DNA of 64,000 bases. It comes from Balanoglossus misakiensis (lineage: Eukaryota > Animalia > Hemichordata). Below, in pieces: positions 43,373-55,600 of this stretch. The stretch spans positions 9,083,778-9,147,777 of the forward strand of contig CM082597.2 of assembly GCA_040954595.2 (NCBI GenBank), read 5' to 3'. How positions within the stretch are numbered: the first letter of the stretch is position 1; each line of letters starts with the position of its first letter. Both the position numbers and the translations under genes were made by a program. The notes below the pieces were generated by a model. It saw only the letters and a list, made by a program, of their open reading frames with translations. It was not told the DNA's origin and did no database searches.

Positions 43373-43689
43373 TGGACTTTGACCCTAAGTCGCTAATGTT
43401 GTGGGAGGTTTCATTAGCATTGTAGTCACATGTAGTGGATAGTAGTTTGGGAAATTGGCTGAAATACGTCAGCAGACCAGTGATTTTCTTGCACGACAGG
43501 AGTATGGTACCAGCAATAATCAGAGATCAGGCTTCGTTGCCGTTCAAAAGTTCCTACTTCAGTCGTGATGTTGCAACTGGACGTTCAGTATGGGGGTCGG
43601 CCCGCAGGTGGCCGTGTGGGTTATCAGGTCGCCCGTAACGGCACGCAGCTACATGCAGCTGTATGGGACTAAAATAATACACCCGATTC

Positions 43690-45340
43690 GGGTGTCACCT
43701 GTGACACCTGCATAACTCAATAATTATGTGCATGCGTAATTGTGGGGTCAATGAAAGGGGTGGTAGCGTGCTATTTGTTGCACATGGATCAATATGAAGT
43801 CCGATTTTCCCGTCAAGTTGTGGGCGACCTTATGTGACCTTTCACCTACTTATGCTTAGTGAGCATCCACAGCAGATGCATGCAGCTTTGGCTTGGGAGG
43901 GGGGGGGGGGCATATACGGATGGGACCATAATGATATACCAAAGGCGGGGTCGTCTGTTGCACCTGCCTAAGTCATTGATTTTGTACATTTAATTAGACA
44001 CTAACCAACAGGGCGATAGGTGTGGTTTTTGTTCCACAGGGACGAATGTAAGTGTCAGTTGGTTTTTGCCCAAATGTCCATTGAGGCCTGTATCCGTGAT
44101 CTTAAGGACTGGATGACCCAAAACAAGCTTCAACTCAACGACTCCAAAAACTGAGATTCTACTTATTCGTTCACAATTTCATCACTCTGCTGATGCTATT
44201 GACAAGATTACCATTGGTTCAAGCTCTGTTCCCGTCGTTAAATCAGCTCGCAATATTGGTGTAATATTTGACAATACGCACATGTATAAAGATCACATCA
44301 AGAAAACTTGTCAATCAATATATTACCACTTTCGCCGTGTCGGACAAATCAGGAAATTTCTTAACAAAGCAACATGTCAAACAGTGATTCATGCTATTTT
44401 GGCAGCGAAACTCGACTATGGTAATGCATTACTGTATGGTATACCAGAACGCAGTCTGAACCTTCTACAACGCACACAAAATACAGCTGCAAGAATCATA
44501 ACTCGGTCCAGGAAGTCTGCCCATATAACGCCAGTTCTTCAACTTCTTCATTGGTTACCAGTTCGCCACAGGATAGAGTATAAAATAAATCTGCTCACAT
44601 ACAAAGCCTTAAATAATCTCGCTCCGAACTATATCCGCGATCTCATTCGGACATATTCTCCTGGTCGCAGGCTTCGTTCAGCTAATAAGAGCCTTTTATG
44701 CACTACAATGTACAAACGTTCTTCATACGGTGGCCGAGCATTCTCTCATGCTGCAACGAAACTGTGGAACATTCGTCAAGCTCCAAGTTTGAGTATCTTT
44801 AAGAAAAGACTGAAGACGCATTATTTCGCAAGAGCATATGGTGTGGGCCAATGAGCACAAGCGCCTTTGAGTATGACACTTGTTATAGATACTGGCGCTA
44901 TACAAATTTCTCTGATTGATTGATTGATTGATGTATAAGGTGATTTGGATGACCTCTGTCATACAGTGCCATATCTCATCCCGTTGTACAGGTGCAGCTT
45001 TGGTATTTGGAGGGATGAAACTATCATGAAATGCCAAATACAGGGGGATACCTTTGACACCTGCTTGATTCATGTATTACGTGCATACCTAATGTTAGGC
45101 AAAGTGAAAGGGCTGCAAATGTAGGATTTGTTGCACAAGACATAAACAGGAATGAAATTTTTCTGTCAAATTTTTGAATGACCTCAGGTGTCCATTGACC
45201 TGCTTTCCATATGTTAGCATGCACATCATATATAGCCACGTGATTGGAGGGGTAGGGTAGGACCGTCATGAAATGCTAAATTCCTAGGGCCACCTGTAAC
45301 TTACTTGCGTAACTCATTATTATGGCCATACCTAATTTTA
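43690..45340 (+). repeat. Degenerate ~245-bp tandem units inside the HINE, split by the L2 insertion
   Basis: Motif CACCTG...ACTCA...ATT.TG..CAT.C.TAAT...AAAGGG recurs at ~43694, 43950, 45047, 45289; spacing is 256/~243/242 after subtracting the L2. Confidence 0.65.
44080..44932 (+). mobile_element. 5'-truncated L2-clade LINE (C-terminal ORF2 + 3' tail)
   Basis: IEACIRDLKDWMTQNKLQLNDSK/TE (frameshift), LDYGNALLYG, LQRTQNTAAR, HITPVLQLLHWLPV, RAFSHAATKLWN, FKKRLKTHYF; 3' GGCGCTATACAAAT and (TGAT)n tail. Confidence 0.92.
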
Positions 45341-45741
45341 AAAACCCAAAGGGCGAGAATTTTCCGTTGTCTTGAATATGAACCAAATAGGAATCCAAAT
45401 TTTTGGCCCAATTTTTGGGTACCCTCAGCTGACCTTTGAAGTACTTAACTGAAGTCCTTACATAACGTAGAAGTTCACTTGTGGTTGTTGTGTTTGTACT
45501 TGTAGGACATCCATTTCGGGTGGTTGCCTACTTCCCCATATCTCCACATCCAGAGCAAATACAGCCTACGCAATTGAATGGTACAACCCTGAATGGAGTC
45601 TAATGGTTATTATCTCTATGCTTGGGCCCCTTCAATGCTGCTTGCAGCTTTAATTATTACTATTATTATTGTCACGATATAAAGACACCAACTAAAAACT
45701 TACAAAATCACAATGTCTTCACAACTCAAAATTTCACTCAC

Positions 45742-46833
45742 TTCTTTTAGTTTGGTAGCCACCCCTCCTTTCTGTCCTAGCATAACAGGAGCACCATCAC
45801 TGCCCAAAGCAGACAGACGATCTCTTAAGACAATACCATTCTCTGAAGAAAACTCTTTCACTGACTGTGCAATGGTGTCTGCTCTGCCATCACCAACCTA
45901 AAACAGTGAAAATAAAACCTTGATGTTAACACATGCAATGTACAACTCAATGTTTGTCTCACCTGAAATAACTAGTCAGCAAAATCAATTAAATGAGGTC
46001 ACTCAAAAACATGTTTAATCGTATGTTTTTAATTCAGTGTAGACTTAAAAATTGAAAAACTTTCCACTTACTTCTTTAACTCCAAGGAAAGACACAACTG
46101 ACTTCCCAGACTTCAAGGTGTACTTGGAATAGATGATTAATTGCTTCAATACAGCCACATCAGTTGTTTTCATCTATTAACAGTGAATAGAAGTTACTTC
46201 CTTTCATCTTCTCTAAAATCTCATCACGGATGACTTTGCCTGAAAAATGAAATAAATGAAAATTACTCTTCAGATTAAACTTATCAAAATTCACAGTAAT
46301 TTGTACAGTAATTATTCTTTATTGAGTGTAACACTATTGCTTAAACAGTGATCCTTTCTTGAAAACAACCAGGTTTAAATAAATGTTACTACATTGCCTA
46401 CAATTTAGATCTGCACAAAAATCAGTAGACCTACTTACCAATGCAATAAACCATTATAGTTGTGGTCATCACTGCTGAGAGTACCAAGGAATGAACACCC
46501 GAGGGACTTTGCCAATTCCAAAACATGGATGAAGTTGGTGGTGTGCGGCAATTCTCTGTGCATGAGAAAATACATGCATCGTAGGACGCCGATGCATGAA
46601 GGCTTGCGTCTCAAAGGTGATGACCTTGTCAAATGCAGCCACAAGACCGCTGCTGTTCTCGATAACTGCTGCCTCGGCGTCAAGCTGCATTGCCGCCCGG
46701 TCGATAATCGTCTCTTCATGCTGCTTGAGTTTGTCTTCGCGAAGGGTGGTACATGTACATGGAGATGTTGTAACCCAAGTCCCTCCGCACTTGGCCTTCT
46801 GCTTGTGTTTTGTACAAAGGCGACAAAACATCC
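45742..46833 (-). pseudogene. Intron-containing hAT transposase (ZNF862-like), three exons, frameshifted and 3'-truncated
   Basis: Exons 46833-46439 (GMFCRLCTKH zinc finger; /IGVLRCMYFLMHRELPHTTNF), 46239-46072 (FYSLLIDE/TTDVAVLKQL) and 45897-45742 (LGSDGAPVMLGQKGGVATKLKE), all with AG and GT(A/G)AGT borders in compatible phases. Frameshifts in exon 1 and at 46167-70. Confidence 0.88.
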
Positions 46834-49166
46834 CTAAACTGAATAAATATCATTCTCTCAAATGCCAGCCGCATGCGGGAGCGTGCACCAGAAACAATAA
46901 ATATTTACCAAGGCGGGAATGAAAAGAAAGCAGGGCGGCGCGTAAGATAGCAGGGTGGCAAAAAATAAAGGAGGGCGGGTCTGCCCAGCTAACCCCCCCC
47001 CCCAAAGTATTAACGCTATGTGTTTACCATAGACTAATAGTGTCACAAATTTTACCCTGTGTGAACCTGGTAAGAGACGTGTCTCAAATCTGAGAAGATT
47101 CAGGACCACTTAAACCATTCACCAATAATAATTTATGCCAGTATTTGATCTGAGACGTTTTAGCAATTTCTTGTGTGACCCCCATATCAGTTGAAGCTGA
47201 CAAATCCAGTATTTTGAATTTTTACATGGATTTTGTATACAGTGTGAATTGTAATTAAAGCTCCATTACCTTTACCTTTTTCCTATGTTTTCAGTATCTT
47301 TGTTTAGCAGTTTCTTGTGCAAATTCCCGAAACATGATGAAACATATATGTGTATGGTCAGCATTGTTATTGTGCCAAATTGGAATTTAAGTCCAGACTA
47401 GAATCCATGAATTATTGTCAACAATGACAATGGCCATTATACACATACATTCTGTGCTGACAAGTAACAATCTGTGTGGAGTAGAACATGAAATCGCATT
47501 TGCTACATAGAACAAAAATACTGGAAATAAAGCCAAAAGATACAACGAATGTATATTTAACTTTAACTGCATTCTCATTCTCATCTGTATATATTTTACT
47601 GAGATTGTTTCATCAGGGTTTATCAGTATTCTAAACCAGCTTATGTGTGCATACAATCTGATTAAAATCAGATGTAGGGTACGGCGACGTCTTTTACTTC
47701 GCAGTACGGTATTCTTATACTGTCGCCTCACACTACATCTGACCAACTCCCATAGAAGCTCCCGTTGAAAACTCTAGTAAACCAATCAGACGGTGCCTTA
47801 TAGAGAACTTTAGGTATCCTTCAGTTTTGATTGACATAACGTGCAATCTGATTGGCTTGGCCGCAACGGGACGTTGAACAAGCTTCTATATCTGATTCAT
47901 ATAATACTGAAAGGGTTAAGAATGGCACACACTACATGTATGAGCTCATGGAATGTGTTTCTTCCCATAGGATAACATTAAGAATTGATAGAAAACCCTT
48001 TTCTACTATTGTAATTTTAAGAAGTTTCACTCATAACTCATCCAAATGAAATTAAATTGAGTGATTCATATAAGTTGTAGGCTCACCACTGTGCTCAGTT
48101 TTGAGATAAACTTAAATGTGTCCATGCCTATAGAAAAATAACATAGAAAGACCTATGGTGAAAAATGTTGACTTTAATTCAGGCTGCATTAGTGGAAAAA
48201 TAATCATACTTTGTCTGGCATAGAAACTCAGAATCTACAAAAAAGGCCTTTAAAACATGAATGGAAATGAAAATACTGCTACAATAAGAAATTCTTACCT
48301 TGAATAAAGTATTTATTGGTACCACCACTTCCATAAAGAAACCACTTTGCTGGTGTAATGAGTTGTCAATCTGGGTTTGCTCATTGGCCTTGCTTTGAGT
48401 TCCAATTCATGATGATGGTGTATTAGGACACTGGACTTGAAACAGGTGTATGCTGGTATTATACACGTTGAAAGTATTGTCATTCTTTTAATTGTGGATT
48501 TTTGGATTATGCTGTGTATGTATAATGAGAATCCGTTAAAAATTGTAGGGGTCATTGCTCTTTTTAAAAAAAATACAGAGCCATGAATTTAGTTGATAAT
48601 AGAAGAAATTTGCTGTCTCAGCATTTTTCACCAATGGTTTGTCTATGGGCGAAGATTTTAACGCAATTTATCTCATAATAGAGCTTGGTGACCACATAAT
48701 TTTTTTTGACCAATGAATTTACGTTTACTTGTCTGAGCTATGTGTAAAATTTCGTGAAAAAGACAATAGTAGAAGTTTGTTTTCTGGCAATTATCGATGT
48801 AATCCTTTCAGGAACAGACACACATGCACTGTTTATCAGTTTATGTTGTGCGTGTACATCCTTAAATGGTATTTGCCTCTCATGCCTTCCAAATTGTGAT
48901 TCTGTTCTAGTGTTTTTGTTAAGGGCGGTACCTAGATAAAATCTACCGGAGTACCCCAGTCACTCCGAATTAAAACAACAGAACAAGGCCAATGTCACAG
49001 TGGTCAGGCAGTCTACCAGAGTTCCCCAGTCATTTTACCGGGGTTCCCCTGGGTGTATCAATGTGGTTATATTAGGAGGTTATAGGAATATTAACGGGGT
49101 TCCCAAATCCATTACCAGTGTTCCCCGACCTTTGCAAAAACACTGTGTTCTTTTTATCCTCCACAG

Positions 49167-49741
49167 GAAGAGACAAAGAAAAGCATAGCAACCTCTGCTG
49201 ATACTGCCACAACAAGCACAAGCACAAACACACCCCAGCCTGTAGCTTCTGCGAACCAACAACCCCCACCCTATCCAGCCGCAGCATACCAGCAACACTT
49301 CCAGCAGATGTCATACCCGAACCCATTCGTGTCTCAGTACGCTGCGTTTGCAGGAGCCGGACAGCCGCCACGACACAGAGATGCGGCATCGAACAACGAC
49401 AACACCGTTCAACCGCCAGCCGATGCAACACCCCAGGCAGATGTCAACACTCCCCTAGCACCAGAACCTGCAACTGCCAACACAGAAAACACCCCCAGAG
49501 AAATGCCAATGACAATGCTACCACAGAGACAAACATACGACAAAGAAATGTCAGCCAGCAAGGGTATGAGCAACCCAGAAGAAGAAACGACACACTATCA
49601 AATCAGAATAATCGCCAGATACGTCAGCAAGAAAATAGTAATTCTTTCGTGTTGATAGTGCTGTTGAGTCTAGCCTTAGCAGCTCTTATGTTGAGACGAT
49701 TATTCATTACATACGAGTTTAAATTTGATTATAATGTGTAG
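49167..49741 (+). pseudogene. UBE2J1: Orphan terminal exon of a ubiquitin-conjugating enzyme E2 J1 homolog, with 1-nt frameshift
   Basis: Acceptor TTTTTATCCTCCACAG|; a P/Q/T/A-rich linker in frame from 49167; after a -1 shift near 49490-49503 it reads ...SNSFVLIVLLSLALAALMLRRLFITYEFKFDYNV* (TAG 49739-41), resembling the recalled human UBE2J1 tail anchor SAVLIVILTLALAALIFRRIYLANEYIFDFEL. No UBC-domain exons seen. Confidence 0.75.
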
Positions 49742-50357
49742 TTTATGAAAATATTTAATTAATTCACAACTGATGACAGGTCAAATGTTATTATTTTCCT
49801 CGAGTTTTCATACACATCTGGAATGTTGTCTATATCTTAACAAAAACTATTGTTGAAAAGTCCTGGTGAAAAATCAAGCCAGCCATTATTTATTGTATTG
49901 AAATAGATGGGGGGAGGCACAATGAAAATGGCATATGTTTAGCCTATAGATTTCTGGAAACCACTGGTGAACTCGCTGATAGTACTGAGCAATCTGAATG
50001 ATATGAACATAGTGGTTATTTGGTTGTAGATACAAGACCTCTCTGCAAAATTTTCCTCAAAGAGGTTTTAAATCCGTAACCAAATATAAGCGCACACCAT
50101 TTATAATGTCATTATATATAATATGATTTTGTGTGATAAAAAATCTGATGTTTGGATTTTAAGTATTACATGCCAGAAAGGCCTCGTTGCTCACTGCTCA
50201 TGAAAATGCCACTTGTACAAACATGTTCTAGAATTTCTTAAGTAGAGCGCCCTGATGCCCATGACCAATCCAAGTTAATAAATTGTGTTCTATTCAGATG
50301 CATTCTCTTTTGTGTATTTTATTTCAGTTATTTACTGTTCAGGTCTTCTAGTAGAGA

Positions 50358-50838
50358 ATGTTATGACAGAACCCCATGGCTCGATCGTGCAAGCACGGCG
50401 TAACGGTAGTATTTGCATCGAGTGTCTGGCAGTGTATTCTTGCGCCTGTCCCCCGCACTCGCTGTCGCTCGTGCGGGGGGCAGCAAGAATACACCGCCAG
50501 CACGAGTGCAAATACTACCGGTACGCCGTGCTTGCACGATTGAGCCATGGGGTTCTGTTTTTATTACATATGTTCATCCCATTTTGAAAAAAAGACCGAA
50601 AATGAAAGAAATGAGACCGCGGAATGATATTGCTTGTTTCGTGAACAGGCCACTCATTTGCATACAGGTATAGCATAATGTTTTTGGTATTGCACTGAGT
50701 GCAAATACCGATGTTACGCGCGCGCTCGGTGCAAGTAATCGACGGTACATATGTAATAAAAACCCTTGCTTCAACCAATTACAGAGCTTCAATCAGACCA
50801 AGTAAACCCTGGTATTATAAATTTATGATCTATGTTAT
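50358..50838. mobile_element. Palindromic non-autonomous element (superfamily uncertain, possibly Crypton-type)
   Basis: Near-perfect ~190-bp hairpin 50366-50558, a second IR TTTTATTACATATGT/ACATATGTAATAAAA, and direct repeat ATGTTAT at 50358-64 and 50832-38. Confidence 0.6.
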
Positions 50839-52260
50839 ACAGGTATAGGACATTTTGTCTTTCACCATGTTTACACTGGGTAAAATGAGAAACATTTCAG
50901 ATACCAGGTTCAGGCAGGGAAAAATTTGAGACACTATTTGCCTATGGTAAACACAGAGCATTAATCCTTTGAGTCGTTTGTGTCCACACACACAAAGTTT
51001 ATGTATAGGCACTGCGAGGCTCGGCCCCATAGACAATGGGTTGCGAAGAGGTGTTAATCATTACACCGGATCAGGTCTGGCTGGCAAAACCGTCTCAAAT
51101 CTGAAACGTTCCAGGAAGACTTTAATTGTTCACAAAGTATTTTTTATGTCAATGTTTGAGTTGAGATGTTTCAGAAAACTTTCAATGGTCCCTATGTGAA
51201 TGCCCTATTTTTAGTTCCTTTGTGTTGTATGTACAAACACATACAAGTTTCAGCTTTAGGGATCAGTCAGAGCATATTATCAAGCAGTCTGTCTATCGGT
51301 TGCTATGTGTGTGTGTGTCTCATCTCCACAAAAAATATGTAGCACTACATGTACTTCATGAATCACAATATACACACAGTGACTGGCTGTGAGGGTAACA
51401 TGTGGATGACATGATGGTGTTATAATGCTATTAAGTGCAAATGTAAAACCTGGACTACAGGCAAGATTTTTGAAAGGACGGTAAATGTTGATGCAAAGAA
51501 TGTTTGAGTCAGCCTATGCACGTGAACTCAAATATACAGAAAAATTTACAAATCTTAAAGTAACATTTTCATATGGAATTGTGTACTTTTGAAAATCATT
51601 TCAAAATCATGTTATAGACTTGTTGAAAGACTGTTGACTACATCTGATTAAAAAGAAACATGAAATTCAAGCAATAACCAGTTTTTTACTTCTCTCTTGT
51701 ACATAATCATCATGACATGATCAATAGGTCATTTTCATGATCCCTATGTGACTTCTTGACTTGCATATTCATTGGAATGAATCCTCTATTTTGAATTAAA
51801 ACTCTGTAAGTGCCAATAATATTCACTAATTTGAATTCCCATTTTGATCTATTTTTTGAAAAACTTTTCGCCATGTATAGCTCGCACTATTTCTACAAAA
51901 CAGGGACAAATTGGCTGAATTTCCAATGTTGTGTTAACTGTTTTATTAATCATGAGGAAAAAGCGCCGGGCTTATAACTTCCACGGGCGCGCCCAACATT
52001 ATTTGGGCGATACCATTTTGTGGTAGGTGTCACTGGCAAACATGCACCGGACTTCTGATTTATATACTACATGTACTAGGGTCTCACTTGTTGCAACAGT
52101 GTTAAAGAAATCAAACGGTTTTGTTTTGGCCGGTAAACACCGATGGATTCACTCTTAAGTCCATCGTGCATCCAAACGCAGTCGAGTCGGTTCGGTCATT
52201 GTTTATGCGACAGTAAATGCCAAATGTGACAGAAGCATCATATTAAATGAGATAGAATAC

Positions 52261-52312
52261 ACAAACAAACAAAGATACGAATAAACAAACAGGCAAACAA
52301 ACAAACAAACAA
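52261..52312. repeat. (AAAC)n microsatellite, interrupted
   Basis: ACAAACAAACAAA...CAAACAAACAAACAAACAA. Confidence 0.8.
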
Positions 52313-52315
52313 CCA

Positions 52316-52574
52316 TGAAGGACTGTTCAGAATTTACTTCCAAGTTGGGGATGGAGGATTTTTTATTTTCCTGGTGATTTTTTCCCATTGTCTCCCCTAG
52401 TAAATTGTGGAGGAAATATGTGGTCCCCCCTTAAATTTCCTGGGGATTTTCCATGGTCCCCCTATTGTGACTTTTATGTCTAGTCTCCCCTAATTTGTCT
52501 TGGAGAAAATGGGTGGTCCCCCCCCCCTCTGAAAATTCTCCGCCCCCTGGAAGTAAATTCTGAACAGTCCCTTA
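52316..52574. mobile_element. PIF/Harbinger-like MITE (253 bp)
   Basis: 24-bp TIR (A/G)GGACTGTTCAGAATTTACTTCCA at 52319-42 and 52548-71 (1 mismatch); flanks TGA/TTA (imperfect TWA-type TSD); internal GGTCCCCC subrepeats. Confidence 0.7.
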
Positions 52575-52666
52575 TTAAAGCCAACAGCTAGCACCCTGGC
52601 TTCTCTGCCAGAGGAGCGATAACATCGACAAAATGCAGATACACAAGAAATGAGCACTTTATTCCA

Positions 52667-55600
52667 CAAGTGAAGTAGTCTGTTCCCTGCCCCATTCCCA
52701 CCGCTGGCTGCGCCCTTGAGCGTAGCGCCGATGGCAGTGGGAATGGGGCAGGGGACCTAGTCCAGGAGCTAGATGCCGTTAATCAGAATTTTTGGTAAGG
52801 AAGGTTTGAGAGGTCCATTCTATGTAAAAAAATGGTGCTGATTCCAAAAATGTCAGTCTTATTGACCCCACTCAAGACAAAATTGCCATTTTGGCCATTT
52901 TTAACCCAAAAATGGTGTTTTTTTAGAAAACACTAAAAACACACTGTTTTCGTCACATTCTAAGATCTGATGACATATGATATGCCTATTCTATGTAAAA
53001 TTTGGTGAATATTACGAAAAAAATAGTTCGATTGACCCAAAACAACAGAAAATTGCCTTTTTGACCATTTTTTGCCAAAAAACGTCATTTTTAGAAAAAA
53101 ATTAAAAAACACGGTTTTCTTCATAATAGTTGATCTGGTGATATATGGAAAGTCAATTCTATGTTAAAAGTGGTGACTTTAAAAAAAAAAGCAGTCTTTT
53201 TGACCTCAATCAATACAAAAATGCCATTTTTGGCCACTTTTTGAGGTCAAAAAAGGTCATTTTTACAAAAAAAACTAAAAATAAATTGTGTTTTTCATAT
53301 TCAGAGATCATTGGATATATGAAGTGTCCATTCTATGTAAAAAACGGTGCTGATTTCAGAAATAGCAGTCTTTTTGACCCTACTCAAGAAAAAAATGCCA
53401 TTTTTGCCACTTTTTGCCCCAAAACGTCATTTTTAGAAAACACTCAAAATTTATATATTTTCTTCACTTATATGCCCATCCTATGTAAAACTTGGTGATT
53501 ATTCCAAAAAAGCAGATTTATTGACCCAACCTAATGCAAAAATGCCCTTTTGGAAAGTTATTACCCGAAAAGGCCGTTTTTAGAAAAAAAAATTAAAAAC
53601 AAACTTTTCTTCATAAAGCTCAGAGATCATGTGATATATGAAGTGTTCAACCTATGTAAAAAATGGTGCTAATTCCAGAAATAGCAGTCTTATTCATCCT
53701 ACTCAAGAAAAAATGCCATTTTTGCCACTTTTTGCCCCAAAAACGTCATTTTCAGAAAACACTCAAAATTTATATATTTTCTTCACTTTCGGAGATCTGA
53801 TAATGTATTATATGCCCACTTTATGTGAAAAATTTCCAAAAAAGCAGTTTTATTGATGCCACCCAAGATAAAAGTGCCCTTTGGCAAGTTTTTGCCCAAA
53901 AAGTGTCATTTCTAGAAAACACCCAAAACTTTTATATTTTCTTCACTTTCGGAGATGATGATGTATTATGTACCCACTCTATGTGAAAAAATTCAAAAAA
54001 AAATTACTAGCGCCACTCAAGAAAACAGTGCTTTTTTGACAAGTTTTTGCCCAAAAAGCCACTTTTCGAAAATCATTATAAACAAACTGTTTGATTCTTA
54101 TTTGGAGATTCTATGATGTGTGAAAAGTACATTTATTGTAAAATAGGTGTTGATTCCAGAAATGCAGTCTTAATGACCTCAACCATGATGAAATCACCTT
54201 TTTGGCTAAGTTTTGCACAAAATTGTTATTTTTAAGAATATATTAATAAGCATTCTCTTTTCTTCACTTTCGGTGATCTTATTATAAATAAAAGCCCATT
54301 CTATATTGAAACGTGGTTACTGTTCCAAAAACGGAAGTCTTACTTACCCTATTCAATTGAAATTTGTAATTTCGGCCACTTTTTTGGTCAAAAATGTTCA
54401 TTAAAAACAAACAAACTAAAGACAAATTGTTTTCTTCATATTCAGAGATCTGATCATGTATGAAAAGTCCATTCTGTGTAAAATTTGGTGACTATTCCAA
54501 AAACGGCACTCTGGTTGTCAAAATTGCCTTTTTTGCTATTTGTAGCCAAAAATAGATCTACTCAAGAAAAAATTATCATTTTAGCCATTTTGTACCGAAA
54601 AAATGTTTGTATTTGGAGTTTTTGCAAAATTAGCCCAAGTTGAACTCATAATGATGATGAAACAGCGTCGAGAGGAAAAGAAGTTACGAATGGAACAAAA
54701 CTCGCGTCAATGAATGTAAACACGCCGCCCGGGACCAAGCTCTAAACATGATACAGATGACAAAAGAAAGGCATTGCACATTGCCCAAATATTCCCATAC
54801 AGCAGTTCCAAATTAAAACGTCAAGGGTTTTGTGTTTATTTAGTTTAAACCCACATTTTCCCTGCTGCGTGCTAGTTCAGGGGCCAGTTTTAGCAGTGCT
54901 CTATTGAGTATTCTAGCATCGTTGCACTCCTGTCCAATCAGTATGACGGAGGTATCATGATATAAATTATAATATAATTTCTGATTTTGTATTCAGATTG
55001 AAGAGAATAAATTTCAACACTCTCTCCCGAGCTGGCATATCTGAACCTAAATATTCCACACCACGCATAATCGACTTATAGTAGACAGTGCGTATACATG
55101 GATCATCTTATTGTTAAGTTCAGTTTTGGGCTAAATTTGCCAAATTGTGGCAACCCTGTCTTTCAATATCATCAATTTAATTGACATTATATGGTTATGG
55201 CGTTTTAAATATGCATATACAACATCAGAACACAAAAGGCAAAAACATCAATTATATTTGTTTTCTGAAAATGCCTATTGTTGACCAAAAGATGGCTAAA
55301 TGGCAATTTTGTACTGAGCGGGGTGTCTCAATAAGACCGTTGTGCTGGTATCAGCATATTTTTTGCACACACACACACAAAAAAAACGAATTTACATACA
55401 TCACAAGGGCTCTGAATATAAAGGAATAAGTTTGTATTTATTTTTTCTAACAGTTACCTTTTTGAGCAAAGAGGCCAAAATGATATTTTTTTTCCCTCAG
55501 TGGGGTCAGTAAGAGTGGGTTTTTTAGTACTTTTATTTATCATTTGATCACCAATGGGAAGAAAATGGCATAATTTTCGTATTTTCTAGAAATGACACTT

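Larger units (their letters stand above)
40233..45655 (+). mobile_element. Complete non-autonomous Helentron (HINE/DINE-1-like) with nested insertions
   Basis: 5': TT-AGGGGACCAAG-agcc-ctca-ggcg-CTTGGTCCCCT hairpin (40236-40269) followed by a (TTCT)-rich tract. 3': subterminal repeat GCTTGGGCCCCTTC (45620-33), hairpin GCTGC-TT-GCAGC (45637-48), TTTAATT. TT at both junctions, no TSD seen. Confidence 0.8.
47010..50964. mobile_element. TTAA-flanked, piggyBac-like non-autonomous element (~3.95 kb) with 59-bp TIRs
   Basis: TTAA(47010-13)+47014-47072 matches the reverse complement of 50902-50960+TTAA(50961-64) at 51/59 positions; pyrimidine-starting termini; no transposase inside. Confidence 0.6.

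Noticed and set aside
46951-46970. CAGGGTGGCAAAA as a hAT TIR
   Set aside because: No matching end or 8-bp TSD found, and it points away from the transposase exons.
49308-49655. 115-aa ORF as a stand-alone gene
   Set aside because: It is part of an exon beginning at 49167; its last ~50 codons are out of frame relative to the UBE2J1-like tail.
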